Origin: Klebsiella phage KpLz-2_45 | DNA length: 64,000 bases | Reading direction: 5' to 3' (one strand) | Sequence record: MN871446.1 | In this document: piece after piece, positions 36,050 through 45,016 of the stretch | Position numbering within the stretch: the stretch's first letter is position 1 | Layout of the letters: each line of letters begins with the position of its first letter | The notes under the pieces: generated by a model | Databases searched by the model: none | What the model was told of the DNA's origin: nothing | What the model saw: only the letters and a program-made list of their open reading frames with translations | Made by a program: the position numbers and the translations under genes

Positions 36050-36356
36050 TAACTCGATTGAAGATCGCTTCGATCATTGCGTTAAAATCACGTTTATCTC
36101 TACCCGGTAGCATTTTGCTGGGTTCTACCTTATCGGTTAACAAATAGATCCCTTGCGCCCAATGCTTTCTTTCCCGGAAATGAAACCACGTCATCCAGGT
36201 CGCGTAGAAAATTTCTTTCACGGTGAAAATACCGTGATAAGGTGAATTAATCCAGTAAAAGATCTTTGGGATCTCGCCTTTAACAATCATGACGTCACCA
36301 GACTTCCTGTAAGTCATTCTAAGCCTCTTTTTACTGTCAGTAGTACTATCTATCAA
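35907..36356 (-). CDS. Small hypothetical protein
   Basis: ORF preceded by the conserved promoter-like motif. Confidence 0.4.
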   Translation of the reverse strand: MIDSTTDSKKRLRMTYRKSGDVMIVKGEIPKIFYWINSPYHGIFTVKEIFYATWMTWFHFRERKHWAQGIYLLTDKVEPSKMLPGRDKRDFNAMIEAIFNRVNEKEKELTTLFQLEGVPRHYRVLDFSFQHNHFEITLGTEDHVDCHRY

Positions 36357-36396
36357 ATAAATTGATAAACCCGTACAAAGCGATTACAACTATGTT

Positions 36397-36413
36397 CAAT
36401 AGGGTAATATATG
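36397..36413 (-). promoter_or_regulatory. Conserved intergenic motif copy
   Basis: caatagggtaatatatg, between the phuZ terminator and the next gene start. Confidence 0.5.
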
Positions 36414-36427
36414 TCCTATTTCTTTTC

Positions 36428-36474
36428 CAACAAAACAAAATAAAAAAGACGGAGCGGGAAAACCCCGCTCCGTT
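36428..36474 (-). terminator. Terminator after phuZ
   Basis: 10-bp stem acggagcggg/cccgctccgt, then T-rich. Confidence 0.65.
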
Positions 36475-36521
36475 GATGATCTTAAATGATTGAAGCAGAT
36501 AAAAGTCCTACATACTAACGA

Positions 36522-37490
36522 CTAGAGTTCCATCCCGTCGCCCTGAACATCGCCACGGATAAAGTTCTGCGCAGCCTTGGACTTCTTATCGCGTGCAGCG
36601 CGACGTTGTTCGTAGTCGTCAAACGTTTGGCGAAGTTCCATTAAGATCTCATTCAGTCCATCTGTATGAATGACAAAATAAAGCGAATCTTCCCCTGTAC
36701 GTTTACGGGTACCGAACGTGTTATAGTCCGCTGGGATAGTACCGGCTACCGGCTTGTTGTCGCCGTAGAGTTCCGCAACTGAAATAGGTGCGTTAACGCT
36801 CACTGCATCATCACGGTCCTGGAAGACGTCAAGGAGACCGAGCTCCGGGCTTACGCCTGCACCAAGAACGGGTTTCGCCCAGGTCAGTACGTCCGCAGAA
36901 TCCAGTCCATGATGTTTCCCGGAATAAAGATCCAGAACGGCGCGGATGGTAGCGATCATGATCGCATCGACTTCGGCGTTGCGCAGGTTGTTCTCATTGC
37001 TCTCGTAACAGACGTTACAGAACTGATTGTTCTTGATCGCAATGTTACGCAGCGACGAAATAGTCTTCATGGTGTTTTCGGTGGTATTACCCGATTCTGT
37101 CGAACCGACTAAAAAGACCAGCACCGCTTTATTCTGCGCATAAAGCGCTTCGATCAGTTTCGGACCAATGACCGAACCGCTGCCGCCGGAGGCGGAGAAG
37201 ATCAGAATGTTGAGATCGGACGGCTTCAACTTAAAGAGAATGTCGCTGATGCTTCGGTTCGTGACGTCGTAGTTGGTTTTACGGATTTTCCCTGCGCCGT
37301 CTACGCCCTCGAGGAAATACCATTTGTCAGGGTCTTGAACAGACCGCTCGGAAACGTTGGAACGACTACCGTCAACATACGCTTCTTTGACGTTAGCAAG
37401 TTCAGAAAGATCGGTGCGCATGAGTTTAGTGAGGATGTCGATACCCGCACCACCTGCGCCGTAAATAGTTACTGTGTTATTCGATGACAT
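36522..37490 (-). CDS. phuZ: PhuZ, phage tubulin/FtsZ-like GTPase
   Basis: N-terminal GAGGAG and the tubulin signature loop SASGGSGSVIGPKL (GGGTGSG-like); 322 aa with an acidic C-terminal tail. Confidence 0.8.
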   Translation of the reverse strand: MSSNNTVTIYGAGGAGIDILTKLMRTDLSELANVKEAYVDGSRSNVSERSVQDPDKWYFLEGVDGAGKIRKTNYDVTNRSISDILFKLKPSDLNILIFSASGGSGSVIGPKLIEALYAQNKAVLVFLVGSTESGNTTENTMKTISSLRNIAIKNNQFCNVCYESNENNLRNAEVDAIMIATIRAVLDLYSGKHHGLDSADVLTWAKPVLGAGVSPELGLLDVFQDRDDAVSVNAPISVAELYGDNKPVAGTIPADYNTFGTRKRTGEDSLYFVIHTDGLNEILMELRQTFDDYEQRRAARDKKSKAAQNFIRGDVQGDGMEL

Positions 37491-37576
37491 AATACGGTCG
37501 CTCCTTATGTTGGACCAAAAGTCGTATCATAGTACTTTATAACAAGACGTAAAATAATCGATGGAGGATCTCAAAG

Positions 37577-38407
37577 ATGGTGTTACAGAAAGTGATTTCT
37601 GATATTCGTTTTATCATTCCTAAAGAGGTACTCGAAGTTGCCTTTTTAGGTGACGTCGGGTTGGAAAGAAAACGACCCGGTTCATTGGATTGGGAAATTC
37701 GTAACAAAGTGATCGACGCGAAAGTCAGACCCGATTGTAATTTACTGGGTGCGCTGGAAATGAACATTCCGCTGGCAAACGCAGAAGTAACTTACGATAC
37801 CAGCGGTCTTTACCGCAACACGGTAAGAATCCCTAAGTCATTAACCGGCGGACGTTCTATCGTGCTCCCCACTTACTTTAACTATTACTACTACACCGGG
37901 GCGATCGGTCAAGTTGGTGGCTACATGGCCAATAACTACTCGAGCAACACGTGTGGTAACTCACCGTTAATGGCACAGGCCAGTCGAATCCTACAATCCT
38001 CCGCGAACTCCGATGCTACCGGTACCGCGGCAGTAAGATTGATCGGTGAAAACACGGTAACGATTAACGACTATATCGGCTCGATTACACAAGGTTCATT
38101 GGTTTGTTTAGTGAGCCACGATTCCGAGATGAATTCTATCGGTCCCCGTGCAGTTCCACAGTTCTCCAAACTCTGTCAACTGGCTTGTAAAGCGTACATC
38201 TACAACACGTTAAAAGTTAAGTTGAACGGCGGGTATCTTTCAGGTGGTACCGAGCTGGGAGAGATCCAAAATGTCGTGGACAGCTACTCTGATGCTGCTG
38301 AACAGTATTCTGAGTATTACGAGAACGAATGGCAGATGGTTCAGTTCAGTAACGATGATACACGTAACTCGTGGTATCTCCGTAATTTGATTGGCGGTGG
38401 CGCATAA
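37577..38407 (+). CDS. Hypothetical protein (plus strand)
   Basis: ORF with a hairpin terminator immediately after the stop. Confidence 0.45.
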   Translation: MVLQKVISDIRFIIPKEVLEVAFLGDVGLERKRPGSLDWEIRNKVIDAKVRPDCNLLGALEMNIPLANAEVTYDTSGLYRNTVRIPKSLTGGRSIVLPTYFNYYYYTGAIGQVGGYMANNYSSNTCGNSPLMAQASRILQSSANSDATGTAAVRLIGENTVTINDYIGSITQGSLVCLVSHDSEMNSIGPRAVPQFSKLCQLACKAYIYNTLKVKLNGGYLSGGTELGEIQNVVDSYSDAAEQYSEYYENEWQMVQFSNDDTRNSWYLRNLIGGGA

Positions 38408-38409
38408 CG

Positions 38410-38440
38410 GGTAGGAGGGGTAAACCCTCCTACCTCTATG
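38410..38440 (+). terminator. Hairpin after the plus-strand gene 37577..38407
   Basis: 10-bp stem ggtaggaggg/ccctcctacc; weak T-tract. Confidence 0.45.
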
Positions 38441-38441
38441 T

Positions 38442-39263
38442 TTAGTGTAGTCGTAATACGACGCAACTAGCGTCGAGATCAATCGCAGTGACCCCTTCGT
38501 TTTCTTTATCGGAGATAGCAAGGCGGTAAAAGTTGACCTCGTTCACTGCGCCCATTAATCGATCGCTGTAAACGGTTTCTTCAATCTCGGTTTTTCCGCT
38601 GGCAAACGTATAACCTTCGACCGTCCCGTAGCACATCGCAAGCATGGAACCGATAACGTAGTTCCATTCTGATTCCTGCCACGTTTCTCCCTGAAAGACA
38701 GAGAACAGGATTCTGGCGTTGGTTCTCTCTTCGATGAGTAAGAGCGCATCTTTACCAATGAAGTGCGGGTTATTCTGGTCAGCGTATTGATAGACCAACA
38801 AAGTTTTGCTGGTCTTGCTGTCCTTTATTTCAAAACCTTCTTCGATATTCCAAAAGATGAAATAATCTTCATTGTTCTTCGCCATCAGTTCGTAGAAATC
38901 TAAAATACCGTCAGCGTCAAAGGTGGGCCTGGCGTACACTCCACCATTGACGTAAGGGAACGGTGAGCCTTCGTTAAGTTCCTTTATCTGGAACACTGCA
39001 GCGACTACCGCGTCGTCCGGTATCGCATCGACATCCGACAGCAACAAAGAAACTTCTAGTAACGATAGCGAAGGTGTCTCGGTTTCAGGGACGCCGGTAA
39101 ACGATATCGCCCAAACCGTGTGACCACCGGTAGGGAACGTCATCGTGACGAGAATCGTCCCAATACCGATGTCACTCTTTTTAGGAAGCGGATGTATACT
39201 GACAGTACCCTTCGATTTCTCTGATGTAGACAAGCCCACTGCATTTTCAACTACCGTCTCCAT
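38442..39263 (-). CDS. Hypothetical protein
   Basis: ORF. Confidence 0.45.
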   Translation of the reverse strand: METVVENAVGLSTSEKSKGTVSIHPLPKKSDIGIGTILVTMTFPTGGHTVWAISFTGVPETETPSLSLLEVSLLLSDVDAIPDDAVVAAVFQIKELNEGSPFPYVNGGVYARPTFDADGILDFYELMAKNNEDYFIFWNIEEGFEIKDSKTSKTLLVYQYADQNNPHFIGKDALLLIEERTNARILFSVFQGETWQESEWNYVIGSMLAMCYGTVEGYTFASGKTEIEETVYSDRLMGAVNEVNFYRLAISDKENEGVTAIDLDASCVVLRLH

Positions 39264-39283
39264 TCCTACCCCCAGGTATAAAC

Positions 39284-39745
39284 TCAGTTTGTTTCTAATC
39301 TTTTAAACACAGCCGTATTTCTAACGCTATTAAAATATTGGAGCAACTGCGTCTTATCGGTAACAACAATGTTATACTTGTCTAAAATTTCCTGGAATAA
39401 AGCAGATAAGTTACCCAACTCATCAATGATTGGGATTTCGTTTAAGAGCCACCACCATCGCCCTTTGATCCGGGTGATTGCAGGCTGCCCCCAGACTAAC
39501 CCTTTCATCTCGAAATGATAATGCGAAGAAAGGTTCTCTTCTACCTGATTTAACAGGCTTCTAATCGGACCAGCTTCTTTACTCTTCCTGAGAATACGGT
39601 AAACAACGAGTGTTCCGTCAATGGCAACTACCACGCTATGTCGAATTGTCTTCGAGGAAAGCGAAAGGGTTAAAAGACAATCCGTGTCGTTCATTAAAGT
39701 GAGATCAAGAAGATGGCCATCGGTAAAACGAACTGTAGTACTCAT
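39284..39745 (-). CDS. Hypothetical protein
   Basis: ORF. Confidence 0.45.
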   Translation of the reverse strand: MSTTVRFTDGHLLDLTLMNDTDCLLTLSLSSKTIRHSVVVAIDGTLVVYRILRKSKEAGPIRSLLNQVEENLSSHYHFEMKGLVWGQPAITRIKGRWWWLLNEIPIIDELGNLSALFQEILDKYNIVVTDKTQLLQYFNSVRNTAVFKRLETN

Positions 39746-39775
39746 TCAACGCCTCCCGTGGCCAGTGTGTATTTA

Positions 39776-40462
39776 TTAGAGTAAATTCCAACGTTTTTCC
39801 ATTAATTCGCTAATGCGATCTTTGATTCGCGGACTGGCGATCCATGGCGGGTTGATCAGTTCAGAAATGACAATCCCGAGATCAGGGAGTTTTTTCAACA
39901 GCGCCGTAATCTGTCCGGTAGTGAATCCCTCTGGTGGTGTATTGATGTCGAGTTTACAATAGCGGCCAAAGTCATTCTCTTCTTTATCGAAGTACCAGTC
40001 CAGTTCCCCAATTATCCCGTTACCCAGATCAATCAGTGAGCGTCTTTTTTGGTAAAGACGTTCGCCGAACGGTAATGCCATTTCATACTCTTCTGGTGTA
40101 ATGACCTTTTCAAGTTCAATGCACCGAGATGTCTGAGTTTTAGCATCGTAAGGTAAACGATACTTCGTCGCCGCTTCATAAACCACTTGACCAGCAACGT
40201 CTTTGCTTTCGGAGAAAACTTCAGTTCGTCTAACCCGAACGGTAATGCGGGTATTGTTTGTTGTTAACGCATTCGTTTCTGATTGCGTTATTTGGTAATA
40301 GTCGCCTGTACTTTCTTTTAGTCTTCGGAAACTCGCCTCATCGACCTTAAAGAAAATGGCTACTTCATTTTCGTTACTCTTTTTATTACCCATGAAGAAG
40401 CTCGTTATTCTGTAGTTAATTTGGACGGTAGGGAACCACTGGTCATTTCGCCTACCTTGCAT
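39776..40462 (-). CDS. Hypothetical protein
   Basis: ORF. Confidence 0.45.
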   Translation of the reverse strand: MQGRRNDQWFPTVQINYRITSFFMGNKKSNENEVAIFFKVDEASFRRLKESTGDYYQITQSETNALTTNNTRITVRVRRTEVFSESKDVAGQVVYEAATKYRLPYDAKTQTSRCIELEKVITPEEYEMALPFGERLYQKRRSLIDLGNGIIGELDWYFDKEENDFGRYCKLDINTPPEGFTTGQITALLKKLPDLGIVISELINPPWIASPRIKDRISELMEKRWNLL

Positions 40463-40489
40463 AAGTAACGTCCGAAGGCCAAAAAAGAA

Positions 40490-40528
40490 ACAGAAAAAAT
40501 AAAAAAAGAAGGTGTGAAAACACCTTCT
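40490..40528 (-). terminator. Terminator
   Basis: Stem gaaggtgt/acaccttc, then a T-run on the minus strand. Confidence 0.55.
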
Positions 40529-40566
40529 TTCGTGACAGATGCACTATAAATAGCAAGAGGAATAAA

Positions 40567-41121
40567 TTATGAAAACCCGGCCAAAAGACGTTGGAAAGAA
40601 TTCAACTCTTTAATGTATTTAGCGAGCACCGCAGCCTTCAGTTGGATATCTAATCCAGGCGGGAGTTGTTCCTTCAGCCTGATCTGTCCGAACTGACTTT
40701 CGAACGTTGCGTAGAGAAAAACTTTACCAAGCTCTAACCGTAACCCTGCGTTGATCGCTCTTAACGGTAACGGATGTTTCTCGGTGAGAATGTCCCACTG
40801 CTCGGTGAACCCGCGAACGTTAAGGCAATACCCTCCTTCTGACGCGAGACGATTGATGTCGTCACCGGTCATGGAAAGATAGAGGTCTGCTATGTCAACC
40901 CCCAACTGGGTAACTGGGAATCGTTTGTTCGGTTCTTTCAGCGCGTATTTAAGTACCAGCGTACTGTAGTGTTCTTTGACGATGTTCTGAATATCAGTTT
41001 TCGCCTCTTTCGTTTTAAACGACGTCACTAACGAGCCGTAGTGTCGTAATTCATGGATGACGTTCCCTTGTGTCACGTAACTCTTCGCTCTAATTTTGCC
41101 CAGATCAAAATTATAGTACAT
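40567..41121 (-). CDS. Hypothetical protein
   Basis: ORF followed by a terminator hairpin. Confidence 0.45.
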   Translation of the reverse strand: MYYNFDLGKIRAKSYVTQGNVIHELRHYGSLVTSFKTKEAKTDIQNIVKEHYSTLVLKYALKEPNKRFPVTQLGVDIADLYLSMTGDDINRLASEGGYCLNVRGFTEQWDILTEKHPLPLRAINAGLRLELGKVFLYATFESQFGQIRLKEQLPPGLDIQLKAAVLAKYIKELNSFQRLLAGFS

Positions 41122-41155
41122 TACTCGCTCCTTATTTACTGGCGTGGCGGTACGG

Positions 41156-41608
41156 TTATTGACCAGCGATTAACGCGTTCTCTAACACCAAACGAAGAAT
41201 CTTATCGTTCAGGTCGTCACGGTTAGTGGGCGAAGTAATCCGCTTTTTACGCAGTCCTTCTGCGACCGTTCCCGTATTGAACTCGAGTGTAAGGTAGCCC
41301 ACGTCTTCTTTCTTGTCTTCCAGCCAACGATATTCATACTCGAATTTTCTGTCATCATACGCGACAGGGTGGCGAGAAACAATACGGTAGGTGCGGCACA
41401 TCACTTTATTTTGAAGATCACTGTAGAGCTTGTAGATCTCCATTTTAGTGACTTGACCTTTGACTTCCCGGTAATTCTCTGCCGAGAGTTCCGCGATCAG
41501 TTTACCGTCCTTTGCCAAGAGCAGGTTTCCGTGATGGATAGTCGCAACCATCCCGTCTTCACGGCGCTCTTGTAGACCGGCGCAGCCTGTTAGTTCAAAT
41601 GTAATCAC
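41156..41608 (-). CDS. Hypothetical protein
   Basis: ORF. Confidence 0.45.
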   Translation of the reverse strand: MITFELTGCAGLQERREDGMVATIHHGNLLLAKDGKLIAELSAENYREVKGQVTKMEIYKLYSDLQNKVMCRTYRIVSRHPVAYDDRKFEYEYRWLEDKKEDVGYLTLEFNTGTVAEGLRKKRITSPTNRDDLNDKILRLVLENALIAGQ

Positions 41609-42251
41609 TGAGTAATCCTTTAAAAAGTTTGAAAGCTTCTGGTTGGTAACCGATTTGTTCTGGGGCTTCCGAAGGACTGAGAAGGTAAAACCGATTCTCC
41701 TCGTCTTCTTGCCAAAGGAAATGATCCCGATAATCTAATAACCCATCAGGGTATAAAAGATCGTAATAATAATCCCCTACTTTCAATAACGAATGACCAA
41801 AACAAAAATCAGTCGGCGTATTGTCGTCGTAAGAAATCTCTTGGTAATAAAATAAAAATTCTTCCGGGTGATCGGTACACAGTTCTTTACCTAAATCACT
41901 GATGGCTAAGCAACACCCTGAATAGACTTCGCCAGGGCCTTGATCCGCTGAACCGTATAACCAGATATCAAAATCATCGCCTGGAACAAAACCGATTTCT
42001 TTCGCCCGCACTATCCCCCAGTCCCAACAATGTTGACCGAGATTTAGGTTGTTAGTCAGAAAGAACTCCTTGTAGACTTTCCTCAACAAATGCAGGTATT
42101 CACTTGTCGTCATCTTATTCGATCCTGTCGGTGTAATTTCCGTACCACCATCCATCCGGCGCCAACGTGACAACGATCCGACTTCCGCCTTCCAATGGAA
42201 TCCATTCCTTATCAAAAACGTATTTAACAGGCCATGATGTCTCGTTGGCAC
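41595..42251 (-). CDS. Hypothetical protein with a possible Cys/His peptidase arrangement (NlpC/P60- or CHAP-like, weak)
   Basis: YSGCCLAISD, then ~45 aa later FGHSLLKVG; resemblance is weak. Confidence 0.35.
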   Translation of the reverse strand: MPTRHHGLLNTFLIRNGFHWKAEVGSLSRWRRMDGGTEITPTGSNKMTTSEYLHLLRKVYKEFFLTNNLNLGQHCWDWGIVRAKEIGFVPGDDFDIWLYGSADQGPGEVYSGCCLAISDLGKELCTDHPEEFLFYYQEISYDDNTPTDFCFGHSLLKVGDYYYDLLYPDGLLDYRDHFLWQEDEENRFYLLSPSEAPEQIGYQPEAFKLFKGLLSDYI

Positions 42252-42459
42252 GGACGCGTCTTCCCACGTTACTCTCTAAAGGAAGAAACCGGAATCGAAA
42301 CATTTCTTTATTTTCCAGGGTTCCAATTTCTACCTTGACGTCAGGTATTCGACAACTTCTACGAACCGCCCGGGAAAAGGTAGCGATGATTCTTTTTTCA
42401 TTGCGATAAAATTTAACACAAGGTGTAGTTTTAATTATACTCATAGGCAATTTCATCAA
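42115..42459 (-). CDS. Small hypothetical protein (overlaps its neighbour; start uncertain)
   Basis: ORF. Confidence 0.3.
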   Translation of the reverse strand: MMKLPMSIIKTTPCVKFYRNEKRIIATFSRAVRRSCRIPDVKVEIGTLENKEMFRFRFLPLESNVGRRVRANETSWPVKYVFDKEWIPLEGGSRIVVTLAPDGWWYGNYTDRIE

Positions 42460-42524
42460 AAAAACCCTCTTAACGATTATAGAACCTCTAGAGACGGAAA
42501 CGTCTCTAGAGGGGAGTATTTTAT

Positions 42525-43205
42525 TCAGCGAGGTGAATGGTTATCTGCAAGGGCTATAGGTAACTGGTTCTGAAACGCGTAAAGCGTGACTTCCTGTTTA
42601 TACGCCTTGCGGTGATTTGAAACGACGGAGTTGACGTATTGCTTGAATCCGGCAACTGTGCGGGGTTTACCTTTATCAGTGTAGAAGTACGCGCGATTAC
42701 CTGCTGCGCCTCCTGCCACCCTTACCGCTAACCGATCATTTCGTGCCTTCAATATTTTCACTGCACCGCCGGGTCCTAACAGATGGGCCATGTAGATTTC
42801 ATTGATCCCGACCTGACGCTGGAGTGAACGCTCTAAAAACTCTTTGTTCTCCTTCATGTACGCTACCGCCATAAGCGTGTTCGCACGTGAGTTTTTTACA
42901 CTGGTTCCGGGTTTGACCCCGTACTGTTTACCGTACTTCTTTACCGTGGCTCGCCACGTTCGATCTGTAAAACCAAATAGTCCTTTTGCTGAAGAGTGTT
43001 TATTGTGCATACCGGCGCCCATCGTACTTTCAATGGAAGCCATGGTAACCAAGTCAATCATTTTAACGTCGGTTTTTTGAGATACTCGATATAAGGTATC
43101 GCTATGCTTTGCAAAGCCTACGCTATTAGTCGAGACAGATGCGGTTGCTGGGGTAGCAATAATGCTTACCAGGCAAAGGACAAGCGCCCAGAAATAGTTT
43201 GGCAT
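42525..43205 (-). CDS. Secreted lytic transglycosylase (SLT domain) with a cleavable signal peptide
   Basis: N-terminal MPNYFWALVLCLVSIIATPATA|SV signal with an AxA site. Catalytic ES motif plus ESTMGAGMHNKHSSAKGLFGF (ES...S.AxGLxQ type). Confidence 0.6.
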   Translation of the reverse strand: MPNYFWALVLCLVSIIATPATASVSTNSVGFAKHSDTLYRVSQKTDVKMIDLVTMASIESTMGAGMHNKHSSAKGLFGFTDRTWRATVKKYGKQYGVKPGTSVKNSRANTLMAVAYMKENKEFLERSLQRQVGINEIYMAHLLGPGGAVKILKARNDRLAVRVAGGAAGNRAYFYTDKGKPRTVAGFKQYVNSVVSNHRKAYKQEVTLYAFQNQLPIALADNHSPR

Positions 43206-43301
43206 TTCTCATATTTCCTATTCAAATCAAAAGAAAGCCAAGGTAACCCTTGGTTACGTATCTCAACGTAACCGGGCATACCCTGACTATAGAAAGGCGA
43301 A

Positions 43302-43949
43302 CTATTGTACCGAAATCACCCGCTCTTTCATCAAAGGGAAATCAAGATTCGTCCGGAAATCGACAATCTCGTGATCAAAGAAGCTGATATAGACGCGTTC
43401 ACGGTCAACCAGATTACCAATAACAAAACGCGTAGTACCGAGTCGGATATGTTCCGCGACGACACTGAATGCGTACAGCAGCTCACCCGGATTAAACGGT
43501 ATACTGTTCCCCTCGACGTTATCGACAGGCAATGACAATACTTCTGCCGCCACGAAGATGTGTGTTGTTCCTCGATGCCACCATGCGTATTTGTGCACGC
43601 CTTCTTTCACCTTCAACATCACCGCAGGAATATCCGGGCGAGTGAGATCAAGAGCAATCTGCTGCACTGTTGGGAAAGTCGCACAGAGTTCAAAGAGTAC
43701 CCAGAAGAGATCTTTGTGATCCTCTCCTACCGCTGCATTCAGTTCCTCAATAGCGGTTGCGCTACCGTACTGACCGATAACACTACTGAAGACAACGGGT
43801 TCGTCCAATAACTTGCTCCCTGGGTGTGGCACGTTCTCGAAGTTTTGAGTTTCTTCCGCACTGATTGGAACGGTCAGGGTCAAAGTTTCCGTAGCGTTAT
43901 CCAACGTGAAGTTACCGGTCTGGAAGATTTTAAGTTCTGGTTTACTCAT
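43302..43949 (-). CDS. Hypothetical protein
   Basis: ORF. Confidence 0.45.
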   Translation of the reverse strand: MSKPELKIFQTGNFTLDNATETLTLTVPISAEETQNFENVPHPGSKLLDEPVVFSSVIGQYGSATAIEELNAAVGEDHKDLFWVLFELCATFPTVQQIALDLTRPDIPAVMLKVKEGVHKYAWWHRGTTHIFVAAEVLSLPVDNVEGNSIPFNPGELLYAFSVVAEHIRLGTTRFVIGNLVDRERVYISFFDHEIVDFRTNLDFPLMKERVISVQ

Positions 43950-44148
43950 TTTCTTTTCCGTATTAAGGTTAGTCTAACAAATCAAGAGAAGGTAACGTGA
44001 CTTTGCAAATCGAAGTCAAGGTCAACTACTTAACCGTTATGACTTTTAGAGTCATAACTCTAAGGATGGACCTACGGTCTAATTAACGCACAGGCTTCGC
44101 CGTGCGAAGGTCAACAGATAAATATAAATAAATTTATTTTTCGATGAA

Positions 44149-44556
44149 TCAACTTTTGTACAACGCGATTACCTTCAAAATCTCACTGACCATCGAATCG
44201 GGAAGTTTGAAATCGTTCCGTTCCATTTGTTCCTTAAAGAGACGAATCTCTTTCAATGACCGATCCACTCGTAAACCGAAACGATCTCCTAACCAGAACA
44301 ACATCGGGTTTTTCATAAAACGTTTCAGTAGGCGTTGCTCGGGTTCCGTCAGTTCGTCAAACGTCCGTAAGACTTTAATGCGTAAGAGCAGCGGACGGCG
44401 TTTCGGGGATTCTAAGTAACGAGAGAGACGTTCAAAGAGTTCATTGTCAGAAATCTCTGGATTTTTCTCAGAAGGGATTAACCGATCGATATAGTCATCA
44501 CTGAATCCAAAAGAGCGAAGGAAACGTTCCGCAACGTCATAGTGGCGAATGGCCAT
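44149..44556 (-). CDS. Hypothetical protein
   Basis: ORF preceded by the conserved promoter-like motif. Confidence 0.45.
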   Translation of the reverse strand: MAIRHYDVAERFLRSFGFSDDYIDRLIPSEKNPEISDNELFERLSRYLESPKRRPLLLRIKVLRTFDELTEPEQRLLKRFMKNPMLFWLGDRFGLRVDRSLKEIRLFKEQMERNDFKLPDSMVSEILKVIALYKS

Positions 44557-44582
44557 GGTAATACTCCTCTAGTTAGTACATT

Positions 44583-44598
44583 CAATAACGTGATATAG
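44583..44598 (-). promoter_or_regulatory. Conserved intergenic motif copy
   Basis: caataacgtgatatag, 25 nt upstream of the 44149..44556 gene start. Confidence 0.45.
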
Positions 44599-44650
44599 TT
44601 TTTAATTCAATTTGAAACAAAAAAAAAGAAAGGGGCGAACCCCTCTCTTT

Positions 44651-45016
44651 TCAGCTGATCGGAACGATCTCGAGAAACCGTTTACTGACAGTAATACGGC
44701 TCCGTTTTCGTTTCGCCAACGCACGTTCCAGCACCGCCCGCAGTTTGATTGCTTGTAGCCGGGTTAAGTCCCAGACAATCTCTTTGCGCGTGACACATTT
44801 CCAGAACCCCCAGTAAGCGCCCGTGGAGATACGGATGATATTGTTCTCAGAAGCGATGAGACGCTCTCTCAGCGTCGGTAATTCCAACGTCAGTAAATGA
44901 CCAGGGGTTTTGATAGAGTCGGTTAGCTTGTCATTCAGCGCGTTATAGAGCGCTTTCATTTCACGGGGCTCGATAACCATATCTCGATACCCGTAAACTT
45001 GAATCTCAACGGCCAT
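44651..45016 (-). CDS. Small hypothetical protein, tandem paralog A
   Basis: WDLTRLQAIKLRAVLERALAKRKRSRI aligns with WKLTRSQAFRLMLRCEAFLAKRQSDRL of the next gene. Confidence 0.45.
   Translation of the reverse strand: MAVEIQVYGYRDMVIEPREMKALYNALNDKLTDSIKTPGHLLTLELPTLRERLIASENNIIRISTGAYWGFWKCVTRKEIVWDLTRLQAIKLRAVLERALAKRKRSRITVSKRFLEIVPIS

Noticed and set aside
39776-40462. Possible CYTH (triphosphate tunnel) domain in the 228-aa protein
   Set aside because: The N-terminal ENEVAIFFK does not fit the ExExK signature, and no other CYTH acidic motifs are convincing.
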